A DNA stretch of 63,683 bases, counting the filler, from Cercozoa sp. M6MM (lineage: Eukaryota > Protista > Endomyxa: Ascetosporea): NCBI GenBank assembly GCA_040357565.1. It is 4 parts of 4 records of this genome, joined end to end, with 100 filler letters (N's around TTAATTAATTAA, not from the genome) between each part and the next. Parts side by side here need not be neighbours in the genome. Positions count along the whole stretch, not along the records: positions 58,456 to 63,683 come from JBDODJ010000941.1; 3 more parts are not named here. One strand, given 5' to 3'. Made by a program: the position numbers and the translations under genes. Of the stretch, positions 63,637 to 63,683 are shown in pieces. How positions within the stretch are numbered: the stretch's first letter is position 1; each line of letters opens with the position of its first letter. Under the pieces are notes generated by a model. That model saw only the letters and a program-made list of their open reading frames with translations. It searched no databases and was not told the DNA's origin.

Positions 63637-63683
<47 letters not shown>

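Overview
This is compact, intron-rich eukaryotic nuclear DNA, apparently from a protist. The standard genetic code fits every conserved gene I could splice by eye. Exons are GC-rich and introns are short (about 40-200 nt), mostly GT-AG, and often filled with simple repeats. The window is four contigs joined by artificial N44-TTAATTAATTAA-N44 linkers, so gene order across 27899, 49654 and 58356 is not biological. Recognisable genes: PDI-family oxidoreductase, ZIP11 transporter, RING-H2/coiled-coil ligase, INCENP-like protein, zinc-finger/VWA (CPRas-like) protein, ATP-dependent PEPCK, PPPDE peptidase, cullin, transmembrane RING-H2 ligase, V-ATPase subunit e, reprolysin-like metalloprotease, TMEM19, zf-4CXXC_R1 protein, UEV/MMS2, syntaxin-5, roadblock, NDC80, pyridoxal kinase and a PUF protein. 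The most unusual signals are non-coding. (1) A dispersed, hairpin-rich repeat lies just downstream of stop codons; one copy carries a 53-nt GT-AG intron that is precisely absent from the other, which is flanked by 15-bp direct repeats. (2) A Mutator-type MITE has a perfect 9-bp TSD. (3) Splice donors follow GTA(C/T) with little +5G conservation. (4) An (A/G)ACTRA motif sits at or just after most stop codons and is a candidate non-canonical 3'-end signal. All exon structures and family assignments were made by eye, with no database searches.
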